Shown here one piece after another: positions 1 through 9,063 of a DNA stretch of 64,000 bases. Numbering within the stretch: the stretch's first letter is position 1; every line of letters starts with the position of its first letter. A program made the position numbers and the translations under genes. The DNA comes from Oscillatoriales cyanobacterium. GTDB taxonomy: Bacteria; Cyanobacteriota; Cyanobacteriia; CACIAM-69d. The DNA lies in NCBI GenBank assembly GCA_004292515.1, contig RDXB01000039.1, positions 1,778 through 65,777 of the forward strand. The letters are read 5' to 3'. Below the pieces are notes generated by a model. The model saw nothing but the letters and a program-made list of their open reading frames with translations, was not told the DNA's origin and searched no databases.

Positions 1-471
1 GGGTCGATCACCGCCGGAAAACGACTTTTTCACCTTTTGTGGCAACCCTGGGCGATCCCCATTGGCGCGGCCAAAGTCTGGGCGGCGATCACCATCAAAG
101 GAGCGTCCCCCATCGCGACCACCGCCACCATAGCTCCGACGCTCCCGGTCATCCCGGCTGGGCCGATCATCCCGGCGCTCACCCGACGCATCCTCGGGGC
201 GATCGCGCCGACCCTCGTAGCGACCCTCATAGCGCCCTTCGTAGCGGCCACCGCCACCGCCACCACCATTACGATTGTCGTAGCGCTTTTCCGGTTGGCC
301 ATGCTGTCCCTGCGATCGGCCTTGCCCCCCTTGACCCGATCGATCTTGACCTGCCGATCGATTAAATTTTTCACCGGATTTTTCGCCAAATTTTTCGCCA
401 AACTTACCAAACCGACCGGCTTGACCTGACGAGTCACCGGCGCGTCCCTTGCGATTCGAGAAATCAGTCAT
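1..471 (-). CDS. Partial CDS running off the window edge: Gly/Arg/Asp-rich low-complexity N-terminus, probably of the 23S rRNA methyltransferase RlmB
   Basis: Not in the ORF track. ATG at 471 overlaps the Mini-III stop (ATGA overlap, 468-471). The frame is open to position 1: MTDFSNRKGRAGDSSGQAGRFGKFGEKFGEK...RYEGRYEGRYEGRRDRP. RlmB identity is inferred only from the usual cyanobacterial STAS-MiniIII-rlmB order. Confidence 0.55.
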   Translation of the reverse strand, partial: MTDFSNRKGRAGDSSGQAGRFGKFGEKFGEKSGEKFNRSAGQDRSGQGGQGRSQGQHGQPEKRYDNRNGGGGGGGRYEGRYEGRYEGRRDRPEDASGERRDDRPSRDDRERRSYGGGGRDGGRSFDGDRRPDFGRANGDRPGLPQKVKKSFSGGDRP

Positions 472-1001
472 GATGAAGTGTTGCGATCCGCGATCGCATC
501 GGAAGAAGAAGAAAACAGCGAAAAATCCAGCCTTGCTAACAGTTCTGTCAATCGCTCAGGCTGGGTTAAATAGAGGTATCCCACCAAGGTTTCTAGCCCC
601 GTTGCCGCTTGGTAGGTTGACGTTGTGCCCTTCAGCCGCTTTGGACGCTTGTCAGTGGCGTTGCGACCGCGCCGAACCATGTCACGTTCGGCATCCGTGA
701 GGTGGGGCAACAGCTCGTCTAGGTGTCGGGCTTGGGCTTCGGCTCGAACTTGCGCGACCACGCGCTCGTGGTAGGTACGGATGCGCGATTGCGGCAACAA
801 ATAATAGCAGCGGATGTAGAGTTCGTAAACGGCATCACCCAAATAGGCCAAGGCTGCCGGCGAAAGACGTTGAATCTCGGCAAGGGGAAGGGCGCTAGTA
901 GGGTCAGCCTTCAGGGAAAGGGGCGATCGCAAGGCCGCAGCGGCTAGCCAGCCAGCTTCGGCACTCGGATAGTCCGGGGCGATCGCCGATTGTTGCTCCA
1001 C
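468..1001 (-). CDS. mrnC: Mini-ribonuclease III
   Basis: Motifs LAYLGDAVYELYIR and YQAATGLETLVGYLYL; no dsRBD. Start codon uncertain. Confidence 0.85.
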   Translation of the reverse strand: MEQQSAIAPDYPSAEAGWLAAAALRSPLSLKADPTSALPLAEIQRLSPAALAYLGDAVYELYIRCYYLLPQSRIRTYHERVVAQVRAEAQARHLDELLPHLTDAERDMVRRGRNATDKRPKRLKGTTSTYQAATGLETLVGYLYLTQPERLTELLARLDFSLFSSSSDAIADRNTSS

Positions 1002-1009
1002 GGGAAACG

Positions 1010-1387
1010 TTACCCCGGATTGGACTTGGAAACGCGGTCAAGCGCGACTTCAACCGAGTCCTGGAGCGACAAGAAGCTCTCGAGACGCACAAGTTTAACG
1101 GTTTGAGTCACCCGGGGGTTAGTCACGATCTGAAAGCTGCCGCTGGCCCCTTGCGCTTTTTTGGCAAGTTGCACAAGGGCACCCAGCCCGGAGCTATCTA
1201 CAAAGTCAATTTGTCCAAGGTCTAGCACGATGTGCGGTGGCCCGTCATCGACGTACTGACCTAGCTTTTTGCGGAAGGTTGGCTCCGAAAAAGCATCTAG
1301 GAGTCCGGTGAGGCGAAACAGTTGGCAGTTTCCCTTAACTTCGCGCGTGCCTCGTAAGCTAACGGTTAAGGTAAGTGGCTCGGCAAT
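1010..1387 (-). CDS. STAS-domain anti-sigma factor antagonist
   Basis: LTVSLRGTREV...LDLGQIDFVDSSGLGALV with the STAS phospho-Ser motif. Start placed at ATT (1387), 5 nt after AGGAGG; the ORF is open upstream to 1459. Confidence 0.85.
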   Translation of the reverse strand: MAEPLTLTVSLRGTREVKGNCQLFRLTGLLDAFSEPTFRKKLGQYVDDGPPHIVLDLGQIDFVDSSGLGALVQLAKKAQGASGSFQIVTNPRVTQTVKLVRLESFLSLQDSVEVALDRVSKSNPG

Positions 1388-1737
1388 AATGACCTCCTGA
1401 GAATACTGTCGCAATCTAGACAACATCTCAATATAGGGATTGAAAGCCTGCTTGTCCACTGGGCGATCGAGGCGATTGCCCTAGGAATAGAGCTGATTGC
1501 TAAGTTGGTGTGGAGCGAATCCCTGAGTTCCGAGGATTAGCTGCGATCCACTGCAATGGGGACTGTAATCACCAGTGTAGCCCAGGGACGGGAAACCGGA
1601 GTTGGGGCACGCTGGGGCACAGAAAATCAACCTTGCGGCGTGGGGTGGCAATGCAAAATCAGCCACTCCAGCCTTAAACCTGGTGGCGTGGAGGAGCGGT
1701 TGCCAATCCTGTTCAGTTTGAATTTTGTTTTCTAGAC

Positions 1738-1803
1738 TTGGACTTTCTGGGCCTGGACTTTCTAGGCTCGAACTTTCTAGGCCTGGACTTTCTGGGCCTG
1801 GAC
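1738..1803. repeat. 15-bp tandem repeat (CTGGACTTTCTRGGC), about 4.4 copies
   Basis: Read directly from the sequence. Confidence 0.85.
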
Positions 1804-1847
1804 CGTAGATTTTGAATCTATTGAGATTTCACGTTTGAGATTTCGCG

Positions 1848-2288
1848 TTAAATTTCGCGCCTAAAGGTCGTGCCGCGATATTTCAGCTCGACCACCTTGT
1901 GTTGCACCTGTTGCCCTTCCTGTGCACTCGCATCGGGCACATGCCAGGTCAATCCTCGATAGACGCGATCGCCATGATCGATCGCCTCCGTTTCGGACTG
2001 CAACGTTGCATGGGGGCCAGTTGCTGGTGCTGATGTTGGATCACTCAGCTCTGGTTCTGGTTCTGGTTCTGGGATAGGGACATTGCGGGCTTGCAAGACA
2101 CTGTGAGCCACGATTAGCACTCCCAGCAACAGGAGTGACTGCACTTCCCAAGGGGCTAAGACTAACGCAAGCGGAAACATCACCACGGCCAACCCGGCGC
2201 AGATGTAGGACGGTTCATCCGTCAAGCGCGGGTATAGATAGGCCGACACACCACAAATTGCCGACGGCACCAAAAACCAAAGAGACAT
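1848..2288 (-). CDS. Small membrane protein with C-terminal DUF4278-like YRG motifs
   Basis: Hydrophobic N-terminal helices, an EPEPEP linker, then RVYRGLTW and LKYRGTTF. Confidence 0.6.
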   Translation of the reverse strand: MSLWFLVPSAICGVSAYLYPRLTDEPSYICAGLAVVMFPLALVLAPWEVQSLLLLGVLIVAHSVLQARNVPIPEPEPEPELSDPTSAPATGPHATLQSETEAIDHGDRVYRGLTWHVPDASAQEGQQVQHKVVELKYRGTTFRREI

Positions 2289-2417
2289 GGCTTACGCCTC
2301 AAACAGTCATGTGCGGAAATTCAGCGGGCGATCGAACCTCCAAGCCAAGCCTGGATGCTAGCCTGCGGCCGTCAGCCAATCGCGCTGGAGTCGGCGGGGG
2401 GCTACAGGACGGTTTTC

Positions 2418-2462
2418 GATCATGCGGGAATGGATCATGCGGGCATGGATCATGCGGGCATG
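2418..2462. repeat. 15-bp tandem repeat GATCATGCGGGCATG x3
   Basis: Read directly from the sequence. Confidence 0.85.
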
Positions 2463-2619
2463 AAGGTATTCAGTAGTTTAGATCCGTTCCCTTGAATGAT
2501 CGCTAGCCGATCGCGCCACCTCATGAATCGCTAACCTAGAGGGTCAACCCCTATGGCACAGGCCGTTGAGTTGGGGCAATGGTCGATCGGTGCGATCAGG
2601 TTCCAACCAGGTGGTTTTA

Positions 2620-2679
2620 GCACATGGATTACTAGCGCATGGATTAGTGGCACATGGATTACTAGCACATGGATTAATG
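2620..2679. repeat. 15-bp tandem repeat GCACATGGATTACTA x4 (degenerate)
   Basis: Read directly from the sequence. Confidence 0.85.
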
Positions 2680-2938
2680 GATCAACTGCCGATCGTGCTT
2701 GGCGCTGGGGCTGCTGAGGGCCAGTGCGGCTAGCGCGAACTGACCAGAATGGTAATCGGGGCGATCAACGAAGTCTTGGTGTTGAGGCAAGGTGGTGATG
2801 GGGGCGTTAATCAACAGGCTCGTTCGATAGAGCCTGAGGGGCTGCGTAATCTGCTTCAGATCGCAAGTTCAGATAGCGGACTCAGACAGCGAATTCAGAC
2901 AGCGAACTAGGCTCGCTGGGATAGTCCATTTTGGGAGT

Positions 2939-4126
2939 ATGGAACCGATGCCCGATCCAAGACCGCTACGAGTGCTACAAATCGTGCCATCCGTGTCGGT
3001 GGTGTATGGCGGGCCAAGCCAAATGGTGGTGGGACTGAGCCAAGCGTTGGCTGGGGCTGGGGCCCGGGTCACGCTGCTGACTACCGATAGCAATGGTGAT
3101 GCGGGCCAAGTGCCCCTGGATGTGCCGATCGGGCAGCCGGTGCTGCAAGACGGCTATGAAATTCGCTATTTTCGTTGCGCCCCTTGGCGACGCTATAAGT
3201 TTTCGATTGCCCTGCTGTGGTGGCTGTGGCAACGGGCGGCTGAGTTTGATGTGGCCCACATTCACGCCCTGTTTTCGCCTATTAGTACGGCGGCGGCTAT
3301 GGTCTGCCGTGCGCGGGGTTTGCCCTACGTGCTGCGGCCCTTGGGTACGCTTGATCCTCTGGATTTGCAAAAAAAGCGACGGCTGAAGCAGTGGTATGGC
3401 CGGCTGCTGGAGCGGCAAAACCTGTCGGGGGCGGCGGCGGTGCATTTCACCAGTGCCGAGGAAGCCAAAATTTCCGAGCGATTTGGCGCTGTCACAACCG
3501 ATTGGGTGATGCCGTTGGGAGTGCCGTTGCCGTTGGATCTAGTGCGATCGCCCCGGGATGCTCAGGCCGTGCCGACGATTCTGTTTATGTCGCGGCTCGA
3601 TCGCAAAAAGGGCTTGGACATTGCGATCCCGGCCTTGGAAACCCTGGCGGTGGCGGGGCTGAACTTTCGGTTCATTGTGGCGGGCAGCAATGTGCAAGAT
3701 CCTGACTACGAGCGATCGATTGCGGACTACCTGAGTCGATCGCACCTGAGCGATCGCTCGGAAATGCTGGGGTTTGTCACGGGCGATCGCAAGCGGCAAC
3801 TGCTGGCGATGGCGGATCTGTTTATCTTGCCGTCCTATTACGAAAACTTCGGGATCGCGGTGGCAGAGGCTATGGCGGCGGCAGTGCCCGTGGTGATTTC
3901 CGATCGCGTCCACATTTGGCCAGACGTGGCCGAAGCCGAGGCGGGCTGGATCTGTACCTGTGATGTGTCGTCCTTTGCGGATGTGGTGCGATCAGCCTTG
4001 GCTGATCCGATCGAGCGGCAGCGTCGGGGTCAGAATGCCCGAGCCTGTGCCGCCGGGCGCTATAGCTGGCCGGCGATCGCGCAACAACTCCTAACGGCTT
4101 ACGGCGAAATTCCCCGAACCCGGTAG
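2939..4126 (+). CDS. hpsP: GT4 glycosyltransferase, hormogonium polysaccharide HpsP-like
   Basis: RVLQIVPSVSVVYGGPSQMV, TTDSNGD, and the ENFGIAVAEAMAA (ExFG..E) GT4 signature. Confidence 0.75.
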   Translation: MEPMPDPRPLRVLQIVPSVSVVYGGPSQMVVGLSQALAGAGARVTLLTTDSNGDAGQVPLDVPIGQPVLQDGYEIRYFRCAPWRRYKFSIALLWWLWQRAAEFDVAHIHALFSPISTAAAMVCRARGLPYVLRPLGTLDPLDLQKKRRLKQWYGRLLERQNLSGAAAVHFTSAEEAKISERFGAVTTDWVMPLGVPLPLDLVRSPRDAQAVPTILFMSRLDRKKGLDIAIPALETLAVAGLNFRFIVAGSNVQDPDYERSIADYLSRSHLSDRSEMLGFVTGDRKRQLLAMADLFILPSYYENFGIAVAEAMAAAVPVVISDRVHIWPDVAEAEAGWICTCDVSSFADVVRSALADPIERQRRGQNARACAAGRYSWPAIAQQLLTAYGEIPRTR

Positions 4127-4168
4127 ACTGAGACGAATCCCGCGATCGGTTAGGGCCCAGTGCGATCC

Positions 4169-4984
4169 ATGAGCCTTCAGAGCAACCCCAATTTCGCCCC
4201 AGATTCTTCCCTGACGGCCCCTGATCAGGGGCTGGCCATTCACAGCGAAACCCTCACCATTCCCCCGATTGACCCGGCCTTGGGCTTGCCGATTCGGGCT
4301 TACTTGGCTCGACCGATCGCCCAGCCCGCACCGGTTGTGGTGGTGTTGCAAGAGGTGTTTGGGGTCAATGCCCACATACGATCGGTCTGCGATCGCCTGG
4401 CCCAAGCGGGTTACTTAGCCATTGCCCCCGCCCTTTACCAGCGCACGGCCCCGAGCTTTGAGGTGGACTACAGCGCCGAGTCCTTGGCCCTGGGTCGCCA
4501 CCACAAAGATCTAACCACCGCCGAAACCTTGCTGGCCGATATTCGAGCAGCGATCGCCTATGCCCGCGCCCTACCCGGGGCGATCGGCTCCGGCGTTGGC
4601 TGCTTGGGGTTTTGCTTTGGGGGCCATGTGGCCTACTTGGCGGCCACCCTGCCGGAAGTGACCGCCACAGCCGCGTTTTACGGCGCAGGCATCACCACCT
4701 TTTGCCCCGGTGGCGGCCCACCCACAGTCAGCCGCACGTCCCAGATTCACGGTAAGCTCTGGTTTTTCGTGGGGCTAGCCGATCCCCTGATCCCGATCGC
4801 CCAGATTGAAGCCCTCGAAGCCGCCTTGACCGAATGGGAGAGTGACTATTGCCTATGGCGCTACCCCGATGCAGATCACGGCTTTTTCTGTGATGTGCGC
4901 GCCAGCTATCACCCAGAGGCCGCGACCGATGCTTGGCAGCGGGTGCAAGCATTGTTCGCCACCCTGCGTCCACCTGCCCCCTAG
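4169..4984 (+). CDS. Dienelactone hydrolase family protein
   Basis: QEVFGVNAHIR, GFCFGG nucleophile elbow, YPDADHGF. Confidence 0.85.
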   Translation: MSLQSNPNFAPDSSLTAPDQGLAIHSETLTIPPIDPALGLPIRAYLARPIAQPAPVVVVLQEVFGVNAHIRSVCDRLAQAGYLAIAPALYQRTAPSFEVDYSAESLALGRHHKDLTTAETLLADIRAAIAYARALPGAIGSGVGCLGFCFGGHVAYLAATLPEVTATAAFYGAGITTFCPGGGPPTVSRTSQIHGKLWFFVGLADPLIPIAQIEALEAALTEWESDYCLWRYPDADHGFFCDVRASYHPEAATDAWQRVQALFATLRPPAP

Positions 4985-5081
4985 CCGAGTCTGTTCCATT
5001 GCTGAATCCCGTCGCCTAATCCCGTCGCCTAATCCTTGTTGGCTCGCTCCAGGTGAGCGGGCATGATTCCCCATCCCTCGC

Positions 5082-6197
5082 ATGAATCGCCCCATTGTTT
5101 ACGTTGCGATTACGGCCCACGGTTTTGGCCATGCCACGCGCGCGGCTGCCTTGGTCGAAACCCTTCAGCGGGTTCGGCCGGATGTGTTGCCGGTGCTCGT
5201 GACAACGGCTCCGCGCTGGCTGCTGGGGTCTTATATTGAAGGTGAATTTTTGTATCGACCGCGGGCGCTCGATGTGGGGGTGGTGCAAGCCGATAGCCTG
5301 ACGATCGACCAGGCCGCAACCCTCGAACAACTCCAAACCCTGCGATCGCGGGCCGATGCGATCGTGGCGGCGGAAGTGGATTTTATCCGGCAAATGTCCG
5401 TGAAAAACGGCCGGGTGGCATTGGTGGTGGCGGACTTGCCCCCCTTGGCGATCGAAATTGCCCGGGCAGCGGGGTTGCCCTGCTGTGCGATCGGCAACTT
5501 TGGCTGGGACTTTATCTATCGGGATTGGGGTGGTGAATTTGAGCGGGAAGCGGACTGGATTGCCGATCGCTTTAGTCAGTGCGATCGGCTGTTTCGGCTG
5601 CCCTTCCACGAGCCAATGCCGGCTTTCCCCACCATTGAAGATGCGGGCTTGACCGGTGGCGCACCGCGCTACAGCCCCGACGAGCTGCGCGACAAGCTAG
5701 GCTGGCCCGATGTGCCGCGCGATCGCTGCGTATTGTTGACCTTTGGCGGCTTAGGCTTGCAACAAATCCCCTACGATCGGCTGCGACAATTTCCCGATTG
5801 GTGGTTTGTCACGTTCGATCGCCACGCCCCCGATTTGCCCAACCTGTGCAAAGTGCTTGACCCGATCGATAGCCAAACGCCCGATCGCGGGTTCCGCCCT
5901 GTCGATTTCATGCCCCTTTGTGGTCGCATCGTTTCCAAACCAGGCTATGGCACTTTCGCCGAAGCCTGTCGCACCGGCCCCGCGATCGCCACCCTGACCC
6001 GCGATGGGTTTGCGGAAGCACCAGTGTTGATCGACGGCATCCGCAACCAAGCCCCCCACCAAGTGCTGGAACCCCAAGACTTCTTTGAAGGGGATTGGTC
6101 ATTTCTGCGTCAATCTCCCACCCCGGCAGAACCGGGAGACCCCTTCGCCCGCAACGGCAACGAAACGATCGCCCGGGCGATCGCCACCTATCTCTAA
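5082..6197 (+). CDS. GT-B fold glycosyltransferase-like protein (resembles the N-terminal domain of L-arabinokinase)
   Basis: HGFGHATR, ADLPPLA, NFGWDFIY, SKPGYGTFAEA motifs. Confidence 0.65.
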   Translation: MNRPIVYVAITAHGFGHATRAAALVETLQRVRPDVLPVLVTTAPRWLLGSYIEGEFLYRPRALDVGVVQADSLTIDQAATLEQLQTLRSRADAIVAAEVDFIRQMSVKNGRVALVVADLPPLAIEIARAAGLPCCAIGNFGWDFIYRDWGGEFEREADWIADRFSQCDRLFRLPFHEPMPAFPTIEDAGLTGGAPRYSPDELRDKLGWPDVPRDRCVLLTFGGLGLQQIPYDRLRQFPDWWFVTFDRHAPDLPNLCKVLDPIDSQTPDRGFRPVDFMPLCGRIVSKPGYGTFAEACRTGPAIATLTRDGFAEAPVLIDGIRNQAPHQVLEPQDFFEGDWSFLRQSPTPAEPGDPFARNGNETIARAIATYL

Positions 6198-6418
6198 TGG
6201 TGATTTGGATTCAGCCCAACCCTTGCTCACCGCACAACCATTCTTGCCACACAGCCATTATTTTGGATTGACATTCTCCTCACGCCAATTTCGTGAATTG
6301 GCGCTACTCAAGCTTCTTTCCTGACCAGGGTTTCAGCACAAGATTTGTAGCATCGGCAGTCGAAATTGCCCTGACTAATCCGCATCAATTGATCACATTG
6401 ATCAAGGTCTTACCCATT

Positions 6419-7897
6419 TTGATTTCAAATACACTGTCAAGCTTTGCCGCCTCTGATTTACCTGCTATTTGTGGCAATGAAGCAGTCATTCAACAGGCTA
6501 TTCAAGACGACGCGCCCGTATTTCTCCATCAGAACAGTCTCCAACTAGAGCAGATTACCGCCGCGTTTGCCTGTGCTTTGCATATGCATCAACCAACAAT
6601 TCCAGCGGGTATGAATGGCGCTTTAATCTGTAACCTACAGCAGATGTTTGAGCATCCAAATGAAGGAGATAATCACAACGCCTCTGTATTTGCCTGGTGC
6701 TACGGTCGGATGGGAGATTTTATTCCGCAATTGGTTGCACAGGGCAGCAATCCCCGGATCATGTTGGACTATTCAGGCAATCTGCTTTGGGGTTTGCAGC
6801 AGATGCAACGCCATGACATTTTGGATAACCTGAAGCGAATCACCTGCGATCGCCGATATCAACCCTATGTGGAATGGCTCGGAACCATGTGGAGCCATGC
6901 AGTCATTCCTTCCACGCCGATTCCCGATCTAAAGCTGCATATCCAAGCCTGGCAAAATCATTTTGCTGCTATTTTTGGCATGGATGCGCTCAAGCGTGTG
7001 AAGGGGTTTTCACCACCAGAAATGCATCTGCCCAATCACCCCGACACGCTCTACGAATACATTAAAGCACTGAAAGACTGTGGCTATCGTTGGCTTTTGG
7101 TGCAGGAACATTCCGTGGAACGGCTTGATGGCTCCAGCTTAAGTCAAGATCAGAAATATTTGCCCAATTGTCTGGTAGCCCAAAATACTCGGGGTGAGTC
7201 GATCAGCATCACGGCTTTGATTAAGACCCAAGGATCGGATACCAAATTGGTGGCCCAAATGCAGCCCTACCATGAGGCTAAAGGGCGCGGCCAACAACAG
7301 TTGGGTAATGGGTTAATTCCTGCCCTTGTTTCCCAAATTGCTGATGGGGAAAATGGCGGCGTGATGATGAATGAGTTTCCCCGCGATTATCCTTTGGTTT
7401 GGGATCAGCTCAAAACCCACGGGCGTGGGGTGTCTGGGGTGGTTGGTTTGAATGGAACTGAGTATTTAGAAATGGTTGAGGCGGCGGGTGTCAGCTCTTT
7501 GGATTATCCCAAAATCCAAGCAGCGCAACAGCACAAAGTATGGAAAAAGGTTGCGGAGTTGGGTGGACTGGGTTCTGAGATGGTTGAATCAGCGATTCAA
7601 GAACTCAAGGCCAGTGATCATCAATTCCATATGGATGGTGCGTCTTGGACGAATGATCTGAGTTGGGTTAAGGGTTACGAGAATGTGTTGGAACCGATGA
7701 ATCAATTGAGCGCTAAGTTTCATGAAAAGTATGATGCATTAGTGGCGGCTGATCCTGAGATAACTCAGCGATCGGACTACCAAGAAGCGCTGCTTTATAA
7801 TCTCTTGGTGCAGACCAGTTGCTTTCGATATTGGGGACAAGGAACCTGGACAGACTATGCCCGTGAGTTGTATCGGCGCGGAGCTAGTCTTTTGTAG
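6419..7897 (+). CDS. Glycoside hydrolase family 57-like protein
   Basis: ALHMHQP (GH57 HxHQP), GFSPPEMHLP, DGENGGVMMNEF. Start uncertain: the ORF is open from 6293 and the in-frame TTG at 6419 was chosen. Confidence 0.7.
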   Translation: MISNTLSSFAASDLPAICGNEAVIQQAIQDDAPVFLHQNSLQLEQITAAFACALHMHQPTIPAGMNGALICNLQQMFEHPNEGDNHNASVFAWCYGRMGDFIPQLVAQGSNPRIMLDYSGNLLWGLQQMQRHDILDNLKRITCDRRYQPYVEWLGTMWSHAVIPSTPIPDLKLHIQAWQNHFAAIFGMDALKRVKGFSPPEMHLPNHPDTLYEYIKALKDCGYRWLLVQEHSVERLDGSSLSQDQKYLPNCLVAQNTRGESISITALIKTQGSDTKLVAQMQPYHEAKGRGQQQLGNGLIPALVSQIADGENGGVMMNEFPRDYPLVWDQLKTHGRGVSGVVGLNGTEYLEMVEAAGVSSLDYPKIQAAQQHKVWKKVAELGGLGSEMVESAIQELKASDHQFHMDGASWTNDLSWVKGYENVLEPMNQLSAKFHEKYDALVAADPEITQRSDYQEALLYNLLVQTSCFRYWGQGTWTDYARELYRRGASLL

Positions 7898-7937
7898 GGT
7901 TTTCTAGTTGATTTGTGGGCAATACCAGATCGTTAGG

Positions 7938-8024
7938 CAGCAAGAGGTTGAAGCCCCTTGTTACTATGACTGACTCGCAAGCAGCAAGGGGCTGAAGCCC
8001 CTTGTTACTATGACTGACTCGCAA
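7938..8024. repeat. 44-bp tandem duplication of the internal palindrome segment of the 145-bp MITE family
   Basis: CAGCAAG(A/G)GG(T/C)TGAAGCCCCTTGTTACTATGACTGACTCGCAA x2 between convergent genes. Confidence 0.75.
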
Positions 8025-8032
8025 CCTGGAAT

Positions 8033-9001
8033 TTACGATCGCCCGGCCAATTCGCGGTTGCTGAACCGTTCTTTCACGAGCTTGATATAGAGATGCTTGA
8101 ACGTCGATCGCACCACGCGGGGCAAGCCAAAATCGATTGGGATCATGAAGCTGGAAAGTTGCCAATCATCGATCGCCAGCTCGGCTGGTTGGGCTAGCGG
8201 ATAGGCGACCTCGGTGCGATCGGGACATACACCCAAAGCCAAGGCGGCGGCGGCGGTGGGCACTCGCTCGGGCTGCACTTGCAGGATATCTAGCAAGGCT
8301 TGATCCAACGCAAACACGTTGGCCGACGCACCCAATAGGCCCAACAAGCGGGGTTCGCCATTGCTGGGGCCGTTACCTTCGTGGCCGATGATCCCGTCGA
8401 TGATCGTGAGGTTAGGGGCGATTGTCTGGGCTGTTTCCACGAGCATCCGACCAAACCGCGCCGCGTCTTTGCCCGCATCCAAGTGCCACCAGGCTTTCAG
8501 TTTGCCGGGAACGCAGCCGAAGAGGTTCTTGACCCCGAGGGTAATGGTGAGCTGGCAGTGGGATTTCACCTTGGGTAGGTTGATCACCACATCTGCGTCC
8601 ATGGCTTCCTTGCTCAGGCGCAGGTGACCAAATTCGCCGCCGAGGCTGTCGTAGCGTTGGCCACGAAACTCGACGATCGGGATCTCCAGTTCTTGGGCGA
8701 TCGCGGCTAGTCCGTTGGCCTTGGCGACTCCGGCGGCACTGCCAAAGGCGGGGCTATCTCCCAAAAACGGCTGACCACCCGCTGCCAACACCAGCTCGGC
8801 CACCACGCGCACCAGTTCCGGGCGGGTGGTGCATTCCTTGGTGGGGCGCGCCCCGGTCAACAAATTGGGCTTCAGCAATACGCGATCGCCCGGTTTCACA
8901 AAGGCTTCGATGCCCCCCAACGGCTCCAGCAAGGCCACAACCTTTTCGCGTAGCAAGTCCAAATCGTAGCTGGTGGCCCTGAGCAAACTAACTGGAACCA
9001 T
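8033..9001 (-). CDS. DUF362 domain (putative Fe-S) protein
   Basis: GDRVLLKPNLL, GDSPAFG, INLPKVKSH, GVKNLFGCVPG. Confidence 0.8.
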   Translation of the reverse strand: MVPVSLLRATSYDLDLLREKVVALLEPLGGIEAFVKPGDRVLLKPNLLTGARPTKECTTRPELVRVVAELVLAAGGQPFLGDSPAFGSAAGVAKANGLAAIAQELEIPIVEFRGQRYDSLGGEFGHLRLSKEAMDADVVINLPKVKSHCQLTITLGVKNLFGCVPGKLKAWWHLDAGKDAARFGRMLVETAQTIAPNLTIIDGIIGHEGNGPSNGEPRLLGLLGASANVFALDQALLDILQVQPERVPTAAAALALGVCPDRTEVAYPLAQPAELAIDDWQLSSFMIPIDFGLPRVVRSTFKHLYIKLVKERFSNRELAGRS

Positions 9002-9063
9002 GCGGTTTTGTCCTCAAGGGGTTTAAAAATGGATCAACACCAGATTCCAGTTTAAGGGGTTTG

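Noticed and set aside
30-437. ORF-track proteins 30..437 (-), 37..429 (+) and 39..365 (+)
   Set aside because: Shadow frames of the low-complexity ORF starting at 471 that is coupled to Mini-III.
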